The position numbers and the translations under genes were made by a program. A DNA stretch of 39,978 nucleotides from Trypethelium eluteriae (lineage: Eukaryota): positions 1-39,978 of the forward strand of contig JAVECL010000173.1 of assembly GCA_051942245.1 (NCBI GenBank), in the 5' to 3' direction. Below the pieces are notes generated by a model. It was not told the DNA's origin, ran no database searches, and saw only the letters and a list, made by a program, of their open reading frames with translations. Shown one piece after another: positions 22,075-35,119 of this stretch (position 1 is the first letter of the stretch; every line of letters starts with the position of its first letter).

Positions 22075-23000
22075 ATGGATGAGTTGGAAATTGTGGTTCT
22101 TGGATGCGGTAAGCAATGCTGTGGAGATATGCTCGGCTCTTGGCCCTAATCAGATCGGAAGGCTCCATCGGTACGGCCTTATTGCAAGGCCTACTCAAGA
22201 AAGGAAATCCTAGATACACATACGTAGCGCATGTGAACACGGCTTTATCAGCTGAACGCATTGAGTCTGAACTTGAGAGTGAGGCCAGGCAAAGAGTGGT
22301 AATTACGTATGGCCAAGATAAGATCGTGCATGCAGTGGCCAATGCAGATGTTGTCTTGCTTGGAGTTCAGCCTCAGACTCTCCCGAAGTTACTTGATTCC
22401 CAAGGATTGGTTGATACGCTTCAGGACAAGACCATCATCAGCATGCTGGCTGGTGTATCCGTTTCGCAAATTCTGGACATGCTCGTCGCGAAAAGCACTT
22501 CAACTGGCCGTGCAAATCGAGAAGCCTTCACTGTTGCAAGAATTATTCCAACTCTCGGAGCGACCAGAGGAAATAGCGTGACTCTTTTAGCAGAGCCCAG
22601 CGAGTCGGATACTGCCGATCGGTTCCGACGGGTGGAAAAAATCCTCTCGCAATGTGGAAGCGTCATTCGTGTGGAAGAAAGCGTTATGAACTCTGCAACA
22701 GCAATCGGCGCTGTTGTCCATGCTCTTGCGATCGTGGCTGTGGACTCTGTGACAGATGCGAGTGTTGCAGCCGGCGTGCCTCGTAGTGTGGCGGCTGCAA
22801 TAGCATCGCAGAGCTTGAATAGTGCCAGTGGTCTTTTAAGTGGCAAAGATCGCATGCTTCCAGAACATCTCAAGGCCGCTATGTCCACACCAGGTGGTAT
22901 CACACTGAATGCCGTCGTCGATCTTGACGATAGTGCCAGGTCAGGGATCGCTGCGGCTGTAAAGGCTGCGGTCAAATATGCAAATCGTATGAACGACTGA
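22075..23000 (+). CDS. Divergent pyrroline-5-carboxylate reductase-family protein
   Basis: Exon 1 22075-22108 and intron 22109-22161 (AAG acceptor) restore the Rossmann motif IVVLGCGSIG. Also ADVVLLGVQPQ, IISMLAGVS and MSTPGGIT. Confidence 0.87.
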
Positions 23001-24360
23001 TGCCGTATACAGCTTACTAGCTTGACTATCACCAATCATCTGGCGTTTATCGGCTCGAGCCTTGAAAGGCCCTGCATTCCAGATTACTAAGTGATGATAT
23101 CTGGAACATCTTCAGGGTCAGCAAAAGCGAAAATAAGTAAGGTTCTTGGTGACTCACAAGTCATGAAAACAATCTTCCTGTATGGCCCTGTAGCGTGCTC
23201 GGAAGTTATGCTCCGTCTTCACTTCGCTTCTGGCACATGTGCCGACTGGCAGTGAGGTTCTAATAGGCGATTTGCGGAATGGTGCCCATGTATCTAGTAG
23301 CAGCCAGCATTCGTTGACCGAGAATAGGTTGAAAATTGCCAGCATACTGTATTCGTCGTTCCTCAATCTGATTAAGCATTAAGGCCGTATTTCTTCATAA
23401 TAATGCCCATCGAACGTCGAGTCGTCCACTGTCTGAAGCTGTCTCCTTTAATGCTCCAGAGTGCAAATCGTACAGCTCCAGCCAAATATGGGCATGATGG
23501 AACTCGAAGGAGCACTGCAATATCCGCCCCACCCCCTCCAAGTGCCTGCATCTTATTAGGTCTGCGAGTCCGTGACTGTCCATCTCGTTACAAATCCTAA
23601 CGTAACCAAGTCCAAACGCAGAATAAGGATGGAATACAAATGACGAGGCGGGCTCGAGAATGGCGATCGAGAGCAGAGTGTTACTTCTTAGTTCATCTAT
23701 TGTCGAGTGATAGTTGGTAAGAAAGATTACGTCTACGGTACGCGTTAAGAACTTGTTTCAGGGTTGCCACCTAAAGATGATGGCCAAGGAGGGTATACGA
23801 TACAGCTTCTTGAGGATCAGGAGCTCCCCAGGACTTGAAGAACAAATTCAGAAAAGTCTTTCCCCTTACAAACCTTTGGTGAGGCAACTGGTGCTTTCTA
23901 TTCTCTGCCGTTAGTGGTGCTTATATCCTGACTCCGACATCGTGCATTTGAAGCACAACTACCTAATGGTAAAGCTGCTCGATTCGGGCGGGTTTAGGCA
24001 ATTGACAATAACCGTTCCCAATTGCTGTCTGTTTGCGATGCGAGAATACCACTACATACGTCACGCCGAATGGCATAGAGCATGATTTTAGGCTTCCCAA
24101 ACACTCAGCTTGTTCGAAAGCCATATTCGAGCAATCCGGTTGTACCGTGTGAATACCAACGGTAGGCAAATTCACGGTAGTAGACTATCCATACAGAAGT
24201 TTTGGGTCACGCGGAAGTGTTTGTACATAAAAACAAACTTCTCAAGAAAGCCCCGCCTTTGCTGACACATCAACAGCTCACCCAGCTCTACTTAGTTTCT
24301 AAATTTAAGGATACAATATATAAACAAATAGACTCCACGGCATTCACAAACTTCTCACAA

Positions 24361-25412
24361 ATGGCCGATCCCTTCGATAGTGCCCTGTACGCTTGTCAAT
24401 CATTCGCGAGAAGTCCAAGTCTCCTAATCCATCACATAGCGACCTTCTCCGGCGCCTCAACCCCAAAGACACCACCGAAAACCTCAATCGACTCTGCTCC
24501 CTCGTGCCCGACCTGACCGAAGACCTTCTCACCTCAGTCGACCAACCTCTAGAAGTTCGAAGATGCAAGAAGACCGGCCGAGATTATCTCCTCTGCGATT
24601 ACAACCGAGATGGGGATAGCTGGCGAAGCCCGTGGAGCAATGAGTTCGACCCGCCTGTCTCAGACGCGGAATTACCCAGTGAGCGAGTGAGAAAGATGGA
24701 GGTCAAGGCTAATGAGGCGTTTGATGTGTATCGAGAACTATATTTTGAGGGTGGAATATCGAGCGTGTATTTCTGGAACCTGGATGACGGGTTTGCAGGT
24801 GTGGTGTTGTTAAAGAAATGTGAGCTTGGTCCACGTTGGATATTGCCATGAGATTTCTCCGAGGTATCTAATTCAGCTATGAAGTTGTGCGCTAATGTGT
24901 GCCGCTAGCTGTCAATCCAAATTCGAACTCTTCCGGCTCTTGGGACTCAATACACGTTTTCGAATCTGCGGAGCGCGCGCGGACTGCTCATTACAAACTT
25001 ACGAGCACTGTGATATTGAACCTGGGTACAGAGAGCGAGAGTCTAGGTGGAATGGATCTAAGTGGCAACATGACGAGGCAAGTGGAGCAAGATCTCCCCA
25101 TTGATGGAGACGAGAGTCACGTTGCAAACTTGGGACGCATGGTGGAGGATATGGAATTGAAAATGAGAAATTTGTTGCGTACGTTCCTACCAAATTGCCT
25201 CGGAAGTCTATCTGTCTTTCTGCTGACTACCGAACAGAGGAAGTCTATTTCGGGAAGGCTAGGGACGTTGTTGGAGATTTGAGGAGTAAGTTCCTGCTTT
25301 CTTTTCCTCGTATATTTACTGACGTTCCCGTCCAGGTATACCCCCATTATCGGAGACAAACAGAGACAGGGCGACACACCGTGAGATGATTGGCAATCTC
25401 TCTTCACGATGA
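24361..25412 (+). CDS. CAP2: F-actin capping protein beta subunit
   Basis: [47 protein letters not shown] and [17 protein letters not shown]. Introns 24387-24439, 24820-24908, 25179-25237 and 25286-25335. Confidence 0.97.
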
Positions 25413-26842
25413 CGAATATGTTTATCGCTGCTGCCTCTTAACTCTTGCATCTGTATAAACATGCTCCATAGCTAGACGTTGAGAAAGCAATCACGAAAAA
25501 GCGAACTTATCACTGCAGTTTCCGGTGCCACGAAATCTCATTTTCTGATCTTTCTTTCGTCCAAGAGTTTCGCTTAATCATGATCCTTTGAGATCCTCGC
25601 TTTATCATTCCGCTTCGTCATGCTGTACTCAGCCAAGCTGGCGGCCTCTCAGAGCTCAACATTCGCGTTAATGGACTGGATCTCCTAGCCTCAAAACGCG
25701 CGCCTCAGTTCCAGGGTTTACAGCTGCCATATGCCGCCACGACTCTCATGATTTCCCAGGTGGCACGCTGCTCGATAGTGGCATGCAAGCAATTTACGAC
25801 ACAGTCTTTTTGAAGGCTTTGCTGATGTCAAGGTGTCAATAAAGTTGAATTGAGAACGAACTAATATCTACATCTGCATGGAACTATGAAGATGTGCATG
25901 CTAGGCTGCACAACGATATGTACCTCACGTATTTGTATGAACGAGCTCCGGAACCGGAGTTATCTCCGAAATCCCCCGAGTTTCAGCCGTAAGGTTAGCG
26001 TACAAACCTCTGCCTATCCCGTCTGCCTGCCCCGCCTGCATCCATGACAGCTGAGATGTAGGTAGTCAAGTCAACTTTGCTACAGACTAGACAGAAAGAT
26101 CGCGATGCTCGAATTTACGATCCCAGCGGTCTGGTGTCACGCACCGCAGAGATCGATCCATTGTCCCAATTTAAACTTTCAATCTATGGGTAAAGGTTTC
26201 TTGCGCTGCCTGTGGAATTAATCTTGCAGTCATGCTCGGAATTAATCTTGCTCTGGGAAACATCAAACTTGTCAATCCTGTCATTCCTGGTGCTGTTACT
26301 CTATTGGATCTGGTAGCCGATGGAGGCGATGCAGAAACATCACAGCGCATGCGCTGGCTTGCACCATGTGGGTGCTCGGCCTCTGTCGTCACTCCAACCT
26401 TGCTCATGGAGCTTGCTGATATGGCTGAAATAGTGATGAAATCAAAGCCCAAGGCTGCAGCACCATTGCTATCTTTGAACCGTTTTCGCGCGACAGACGT
26501 ACAGAATCACCGAGAATGTCTTTGGCTTCACATTCTCAACGCCTCAAGTCGAATTTGGTCTTCTATTAGAATCATCCGGAAACTCATGCGCTTGGACTGA
26601 CCTCTACAGAACTTCACAAGGCTGCCTCCCAGGCAGGAAACGGCTTTGATCAAATACAATCCTTTGTTAAGACATTTGCCCGTAGTTGCTGGAGCGCGCT
26701 GGCCGAGTAAGTCGTTTAGCGTTCTCCCGTTACTAGACAACAGTCTCAGAGGCTGATCAGGGCTTCTCACAATAGATTTTTTGGAACCACAATTCATGCG
26801 CGGAGGATCATGATCTACTTTGTCTCCATAGCTCAATGACCG

Positions 26843-29761
26843 ATGGCAATCAACAAGCTCCAGGCTTCACTTGCTGCAGCCACCAACGAGGTCACGGTGG
26901 CTGCGGCAAACATCAACTTCGACTTTACACTTGTAAAGTGCGAAGTTCCGAAAGAATACGAAGAGCTAGGAAATGCACTTTCCACCAAACGGAAAGAACA
27001 GGCCGAACAAGGTACAACCCACATCACAGCGAGGAGGCTTGGGGCACTGTTTGAAGGCATCTGCCCACCAACCCCAAGCTTAATCAAGGCATACGGCAAT
27101 CGAGCTTCACAGATAGCCGAAGCCGCCAAAAAAACATCAGTTGAGCCAACCAATAGCATTTTCGCTGCCCATACAGGCGTTGATGGCACGTCTATATGGG
27201 CGGCCGCAACGTCTTCAGCATTACATGTACAGCTTTTAGCCTGTATGCTTGCTCGTGTGTGGTCCGCTCCCCAAGCGACATCGATTTGGTTTGAGCTTGT
27301 CCAAGAGAGAAGAAAGAATATCGAGACTCGCTATACCAGTGGGGAAGTCTTGCGATTCGCAACTCTTACAGCTGCCACGTAGTCCGAAATCTCTCGTTCC
27401 AGCCTGGCCGATTGGGACAGCAGTGCGCGGTCATGGTTGCGCACCGCTGATAGAACGAAGACGAAAGAACAACAGCAGCTGATGTTGATCATTGCGAACG
27501 TCAACATTCCAATCAATGAAGACATGACTGTACCGTCTAGTGTGATAACGGCTTGGAAGTCGGCTCTTGAAACTATGGAAAATCTGGTGAGTGGAATGCC
27601 TCAAGCCGTCAATAGCGGACCTGCACTCCTTGCGCTCAGTTCTTGGCATCTTTACCCTGATCTTCTCCTCGTCGGTCACGATGATGCTGAAGTACGCTTT
27701 CGTGACCCTCTCGTTTCACCGGGAGGAATGCTGACGGTGGGTCTCATACGGAGCGAGAAGGGGAACAGCCATGGTGTGTTCTGGTCGTTATCTCTCGCAC
27801 ACATGAACTTCTACGGCCACCCCGTACCAACAGAAGTCCGACTTAGTCATGAGTGTGTAAAAGTCTCATTCCTCCAATTTACACAGGCAGCTTTTGGGAC
27901 TTTGCTGGGAAAGTGGTTGCCTCCAGGGAGTGAGATAGATTCAGCTGTCCGATTTTTCGTTTCATTCCAAGCGGCTGTCTACAGAGCGGCAACGAATGAT
28001 CCGAAAGCTGTCGAATCTCAGCAAGCCGCGAAATTCTTGCGAAACTCTTCACATTGGTGGAATGTGATGGCAAGGGTTGCAAGCAGTTACCTAGAAAGTT
28101 CTGGCGAAGAGAGGGTTACTATTCAAAGACTTATAAAACTTGGGCTGAAGCGCTCCTCGGTGTTTATACCAGGATCTAACAGGCAGCCATTCTTCGGATT
28201 TCTAGAGCCAGTGACCATAGTTCGTTGCCTTAAAGGGACTGAAGAAAGGATCCAATGGCTACGTCACGTTGTTTCAGATAGCCCGATAAGTGGAGACCAC
28301 CCGCTCATCATACAATATTTCGATTCCCCAGTAACGGGAAAAACAATGATGCCCATGGGAGAATTTGCCACTGCGGCTCCTCTTCCAGACCGATTTAATA
28401 AAAAGAGGAAACGTACGCCCAGTACCCAGAATCACTTGGTCACTCATCAGCGTTGGCCGTTTCCTGATCGGGCTGCTGGATATCCTGGCGAGATAGTTTC
28501 TACACGAGATTTAAGGACCTTTTCACCCAGCATACTCGAGCCATTTCAAGGGTTTCGTTTCAAGGAGGAAAAGAATCAATGGGAAGAGTACGCTGCTACA
28601 TATGGTGACCCTAGTTCTGTAGCTATTTATGAATGGTTTCTGGCCCCAAAGAACGCTTCAGGGCGCCCACAACTAGGGATCTGATCTGGCTTCTGGATAA
28701 TGATATGTTCACAGTTACTCGCCTCCTACATCACATCAATGTCAGGCAAGATCCCAGTCTGGGTGCCGATCAGCAAGTCTATCGAACGATGTTAGCGATA
28801 TCCGCTGCAGCCAGGATCTACAAGATTATCCCCAGTGCCACTGTTTCGATAGCGAACCTGGCAAAGCCTATCTCTGAAATCGCCTGGGCTCGTGTACAAG
28901 AATCACCAATTCCAAGATCAGTAACTCTGTCGTGTATAGTGTACATGGAGTCTGGACATGACTTCGACCCTAAGTTCCTGAGTAAGCCTTTTGCTCTAGC
29001 TTACGAGGATTCTATCTACATCGCCATGCAGGTAAGTGTTTGGAACATAAGACTGACTCAATGAGCTAGCTGATGTTTCTAATTAGCTCACATGCGACCC
29101 TTGGGAGCGTCCTTTGCCATACGAGTTCAAAAGAGTGCTGGGAAATGTCGGTCGACCTGGCCTAACACTGCTTGTTCCACCTGCAAGTCCTATGATGCGA
29201 CCAAGCGATCCTGCCTCTTGGAAAATTGTCAGCGACAAAATTTTCGATGGCCATGCCGAGGACCATTTTCGAAGAACATCGTTGCATCTTTCTTTTACTG
29301 CATACTACGTTCCTCTCTACGTACATGGTGGCCATGGACAAGACAATCAAATCCATATCCTCGAGTCTGTTGTCTCTGTTTATGACTCTGGCGTCTGGGT
29401 TGGTGACGTTGACATTCTTCATGCGCTGGAAGACAGTAGGATTTATCGAATAAGTCCACGTTCATGTGATAGAAGGCAACATACTGACTATCCTGGAAAC
29501 TTGATATCAGCTGAATCTTGGGAAGATATCCTTGATCCCCCACGGGAGCGCTTTGTGATCAGAGCGAGCAGCAATTGGGTTGCAAGGCTAGCGTCTACGG
29601 CTGTGTTGGCACAATCTTTGCCAAGGGACCCTTCATCACTAGGAGGCACAGGACCTGGAATAGTGATTTGCTCAAACAACGTCTGTCGGTCATGTAACGG
29701 TCTTGTCAGCCACATACCTGAGAAAATAGGTATAAAATCCATTCGTGTATTCATCCATTGA
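26843..29761 (+). pseudogene. Large (~950 codon) fungal protein of unknown function, interrupted by an in-frame TAG and a frameshift
   Basis: ORFs 26843-27382 and 27437-28684 share a frame and are separated only by TAG 27380-27382. Coding continues in the -1 frame from about 28633-28681 with no plausible intron. A canonical intron 29032-29086 leads to the last exon ending at 29761. Confidence 0.7.
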
Positions 29762-30372
29762 ATAAATCGGAATAAACCACGAGAAATCCCCAATCAGGCT
29801 CTGCAAAACTGACATCCTTCTGGGGGATGCTGTTTTAGTACATGCCGCTAATTGGAAAGTATCTAGGGTTCCAGTTCTATAACGAATGCAAAGTCCGCGT
29901 GGTCGTAGGAGATGGGGCAACAATTTAAAAAGAGCTACATATGAGACGCGCTACAATGTAGGCTGATAATTTTCAGTTGTTTCTTTTGTTCGCACGCTCT
30001 GAGGGAAGCTGATTCCACCAACGGACAGTAATCTTAGCAAGTAGCTATACAAAATCGCCGGGTAGTCTACAATAACAACACTGGCGATGGGGTCGGTAAC
30101 AGGACCAGAGAAACTGAAAGAAGCGATATATCTAGCCATAATTTACTCACTGCGTTTGATCGTCTGAATGTTTTAAGGTTCGATCATCGGCATGACGATA
30201 CACTCCTTGATGTGCGTAGGAGGAACATCAACCTGTTTGTCTAATTACTCATCCATTCTTTCCGAGCAAAAGGAGAGTATCTTACACGATCTGCCAATAC
30301 AGTTTACGAAGGCGACAGCATACAGGGAAACGTGATTCTGAGTTACCCACTAACCAAACGACTGCGATCACT

Positions 30373-33300
30373 TTAGCGTAAAACATAGTCATTATGAGTT
30401 CCAACCTGGGGATCAGCGATTCCTTCAGCACGTCGGACATTCAGTTCCTGAAGAACCTTTGTGGCAACCGTAATTGCCTCCTGGGGCAGGCCTAGATTAT
30501 TTAGCGTATGCCTTAGCAACAGACCCTTCGACGCTCACTCACCGGCAAGTTCAGCGACCTTCAGAGCGTGCGATCTGCGATTGACTCCCGGCCGAAGCCG
30601 GTGAATGTAGGAAAATCCGGTTCCGTCCTCCAACACATCCGTACAGTAATACCCGACATTTCCGAAACCCTTTGTCAAATCCGCAAGAACGTGGAAATGC
30701 GTCGCAAAAAGCGCCCGACATTTATTGATCCGAGCGAGATGATCGAGACAAGCGAAGCCCAATGCAATACCATCCTCAGGAGTCGTTCCACGACCCACTT
30801 CGTCCATGATGACGAAAGAGCGCTCCGTCGCGTTCTTCAAAATTTCGGCACTTTCGAGCATCTCGACCATGAATGTCGATTGGTCGCGTGAGAGATTGTC
30901 CGCGGATCCTACTCGACTGAAGACTTTATCCACGAGACCCAATTCCGCATACATTGCTGGGACGAATGATCCGGTCTGAGCGAGAATAGTGATCAAAGCG
31001 TTTTGACGGAGATATGTGCTCTTTCCGGCCATGTTTGGACCAGTTATGAATAGGAGCTTTTCCTTCGAGTCCATCCGACAATCATTTGCGGTGAAACCGA
31101 CACCTTTTTCTGCGAGGCCCAGATCCACCATGGGATGCCTACCCCCGATGATGGTTTGCGAAGTACCATTATTCAGGATGGGTCGAACCCAGTTTCGTTC
31201 GCTCGCAACGGTGGCATAGGAGCAAGCAACATCGAGCTCATCTAGCACGGCTGCGTTTCGGCGGAGCGTGGTGAGCTGTTTTGCAACTTCTTCGCATAAT
31301 CCAGCAAATATTTTCTGTTCCTCAGCCCGAATCCGCATTCGCACAGTTTCCATCCGCTCTCCAAGCTGGCTCCATGCCGGATAATGGAATGAAGCTGTGG
31401 ACTTGCTTGAGCTGACCAGTCTGGCGTCCCCAAGCTTATCAATCAATTTGACGGGCGTCTTATGTTTGAGGTGACAGAAATGGCCCATTCCAGGGGTCAT
31501 TTTGAGTGTCACGTTTGGTGCCCCCAGCTTTTGTTGTAGATCTTCGATTAGACTGCCTTGCTCTACCCATAGCTGATCTAGACTCCTATGAAGTCTGTTT
31601 AGATTCGTGCTTGCATGACGTCTCATGATCCAGGGTTCGCCTGATGGGTCTATCCGAGCATATGTGCTTCCACCATTGATTATTCCCGTTAATGAAAACT
31701 CGGATTCTGTTTCGGAAGAGGTCGAATCTGATGTGCTTCCGCTCTCGCGAAAGACCCTTGTTTCCGTTCCTCCAGTTTCAGCAAGCTGCTTTTCAGAAAG
31801 TTCATCTTCGTCAATTGCGGCAGTAATCTGGCTAGCCAACATCTTTGGGATTTCTGTATCAATTCGTCCGAGGAGGCGAGGAACAGCGTTCAGATTTCTG
31901 TTGGTGCTCTCGACAAGCTCATCTTCGCTATCTTGGGACTCTCTGATACGGAGAACTATATCCCCTGTCACATCGATTGTCTTCGAAAGCGCTAGCAAAT
32001 CATCGGCATCAGCCCTTCCAAGCGAAAACTTTGTTAAGAGCCGAGAGGCATCAAAGGCGCGTTTCAACAATTTTTGGATGCTGTGTCGTAGGGGCGCGTC
32101 TTTCAAGAATGCCTCCACGAGATTGAGTCGATCGACGATGACAGGCAAACTCAACGAGGGCCAAACTGTCACATATAAGCTCATATACACTAGCGATGCA
32201 AAGAAAACGTACGCAGACGGTTAGTAAGCAGCCTTGAGCCGCTTCTAGTGACAGTCTTTCGGAGAACGTGAAGAAGACTGCCTTTGAAGAATCCGTCCCG
32301 TAGAGTGCTCTTGATTTCTAACGCGTTGATGCTATACCTGTCGATACTGAGGTACTCACTTTGACGAACGGGGGGCTGAAGCTTCACGTCCGATTTCTGA
32401 AGACGTTCCTGAACGTAATGCAGAGCAAGCGCTGCTGCAGCCTCTTCTTCCGGAGAGAACTTCTTCATTTCATCCTCTGTCAAAGGCCGTTCTAGAAGGC
32501 CCGACCAAAACGATGGCGAGGCTACACTCTCAGAGGGATTGTGCCATGTAATTCCGCAGCGAGTCTCTTTGAGTATTGATATCACTGGATTCTCCTGCGT
32601 ATCCTGTTCAAACACACTATCGAGCACAACTTCGCTAGGAGAAATCCTCGCAAGTGCTGATGGAAGGGATGTAGTGTCAATGGATTGCACGAAGAAGCTG
32701 CTACTCGATAAATCCAGCCATGCTATCCCGAGTTTTTCATGTTTCTGGCCGTGATTAAGATGAATGCTGAGGAGATAATTATTCTTATCCGGATCCAGAA
32801 AATCCTCATCTATCAGCGTACCGGCGGTGACAACCCTTTCTACTTTCCGATCAAAACTTAGTCCTCCAGGCTTGGCACGATCAGCGGGGGCATTTGGATA
32901 TTCCTCGCTGATGGCAACGTGTTTCTTTAGATCCATTACCAGGATTCTCAGGTATTTGACAAGATATTGGTACTGAAAGCCAGACTAAGACAAGTAATCA
33001 GGATTTGAAGCTCATGCAGACGCTGGGTTCCTGACCATTGGGACTCTACCAACGCTAGTTTTCCTTTGAGCAATCTTCAAATTCAATAAGGGCCCGTACT
33101 CTTCGGCTTGCTCGAAGTATAGCTTCCTCAATCATGATTAGTGCCAGACAAATCTGCAATGCTGCAGCACTGTACCTCGTAGAAGTTGCCGACTCGTGTC
33201 AGTATAACACAATCATCGTACTTGCGCATATTATTTTGCACTCCCCGAAGAACGGTTGGATATTCAAGAGCATCCTCGTCATCAACATGACCGTCCTTAG

Positions 33301-33532
33301 GCCGGACGATCAGTCCTTGTGGTAGGTCATCGAGCTTCACCGTCGCTCGTGACCGTTTGAGTGCGCTCCGAGCGTTGTAGGCGCGTTTGATTGTTGTACC
33401 TAGAGTTGCCCATCGTGTGGGTGTCGAGCAAAAGCTCCTCCGTGATACCGGACAGGTGTACGCGAGACATCGGTGCCTGACCCTGATAGTGGCAGCAATG
33501 GTAGAACCACATAAGCTGACTGAACTTGGCAT
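30373..33532 (-). CDS. MSH1: Mitochondrial MutS homologue
   Basis: Mitochondrial-type N-terminus (start approximate). Motifs ILTRVGNFYE (mismatch-binding), FDRKVERVVTAGTLIDE, ITGPNMAGKSTYLRQ (Walker A), STFMVEM, VIMDEVGRGT and ALFATHFH. About 4 introns; last exon GLPQEAITVA...YVLR*. Confidence 0.95.
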
Positions 33533-33773
33533 ACGGGCATGATAAGACTGTGCCACAGTTAAGATGAGAGTGATGGTCCGAAGAGTGCTGGATCGGTCCC
33601 AGCGCGGAGGTCTGGATGGAGATGCGGCTCTGCGGTTCATCCCGAATAGGTGCTGCAATCCCTGCATATCCACCAGCTTATTTCCCGGCGCAATGGCACC
33701 TACGTAATCGAAACAACTCTGCGAAATTGAGGTCAACGAGGTACCTGGCGTAGCAATACAGCCAATTTCATCC

Positions 33774-35119
33774 ATGATGGCGAGCAGATTCGAGCCAATG
33801 CAAAATGATTTGTTGTTGCGAACAGCAAAGGGTCAGAATCGCTCCAGTTTGCACGAAGAATTTCCAGTACTGAAGCTGACTTCTGCGCTCCAGGCGAGCA
33901 AGTCAAGCGGCCACCAATGTGGGTTATGAGGCAAGGTCTGTCTGAGCATCTCACCATCTTTTATACCCATTTCGTTCAAAGGACTGACCGTTCTCAGCCG
34001 GCAGGTATCTTCCCGAATACCACAAAGAAAAGGGCAGCAAAGACTTTTTTGAATGCTGTCGTAACCCCGAAGTTGCATCCAACCTGACCATCCAGCCCAT
34101 CGACCATTTTCCAGGTTTAATAGATGCTGCTATAATCTTTTCAGACATACTTGTAATACCGCAGGCGATGGGAATGGAGGTCGTCATGGAGGAAGGCAAA
34201 GGCCCTGTCTTTCCGCATCCCATGCGTACACCAGATGAGCAATACAAGAAGATTATGGCGAACGAAGTCGACGTCAAGGAATCATTAGATTATGTATATC
34301 AAGCAATAACTCTGACGAGGCAAAAGCTCAAAGGACGAGTGCCACTCATCGGCTTCTGCGGTGCTCCTTGGACTTTGCTCTCTTACATGGTCGAAGGCGG
34401 AGGCAGCAAGATGTTCTTTAACGCCAAAACCTGGATTTACAAATATCCACAAGAAAGTAAAAATTTGCTACAAAAGACCACCGAGATATGTATTGAGTAC
34501 CTCGCGCAACAAGTCGTTGCAGGCGCACAGGTACGGAAACACGTTGAGATAACAGCGGCTGTTACTTTGGTACGCTCCAGTTGCTGATTAGCCCAGATCG
34601 TCCAAATCTTCGATTCATGGGCAGGTGAACTGTCCGCCCAATCCTTTGATACCTTCTCCTTACCGTACCTGAAACAAATCGCAACTGAACTTCCAAAGCG
34701 CCTCGCCAGTCTTGGACAAGCTACTGTTCCAATGATCGTATTTGCGAAGGGAGCACCATTCGCTTTGGAACGACTCTGCGATTCGAACTACAACGTCATT
34801 GGACTGGACTGGTTGCATGAACCAGCTGAAGCATACAGAATTGCCCAAAAAGCGGGAAAAGTTGTTCAAGGTAATGCAGATCCTGGCATATTGTACGGGA
34901 ATGCCGCTTCAACAACGGCTGTGGTCGAAAACATGGTGAGAGGGTTTGGCGGCGGAAAGCAAGGTTGGATCGCAAATCTTGGCCACGGTACGAAAAGAGT
35001 AACTTTGTTAGAGACTGGATAGTACTAATCGTTGTTTCAAAGGTATCACGCCGTACGCGAAACCTGAGGCCCTTGAATTCTATTTACAAGAGATTAAACG
35101 AGTTGCAACAGCGTCGTGA
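33774..35119 (+). CDS. HEM12: Uroporphyrinogen decarboxylase
   Basis: [52 protein letters not shown] and IANLGHGITP across about 4 introns. Divergent from MSH1 with about 240 bp between starts. Confidence 0.96.

Noticed and set aside
7892..23000. Secondary-metabolite biosynthetic cluster
   Set aside because: No NRPS, PKS, terpene synthase or ligase backbone gene; the enzyme set reads as catabolic.
26171..26836. Short ORFs upstream of the disrupted gene and a 14-bp direct repeat GGAATTAATCTTGC (about 26214 and 26238)
   Set aside because: No recognisable domain or splice pattern; two repeat copies are too few to call an array.
29951..30350. Possible small gene downstream of MSH1 on the minus strand
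   Set aside because: Only a 62-aa ORF and scattered splice-like signals; no coherent gene model.
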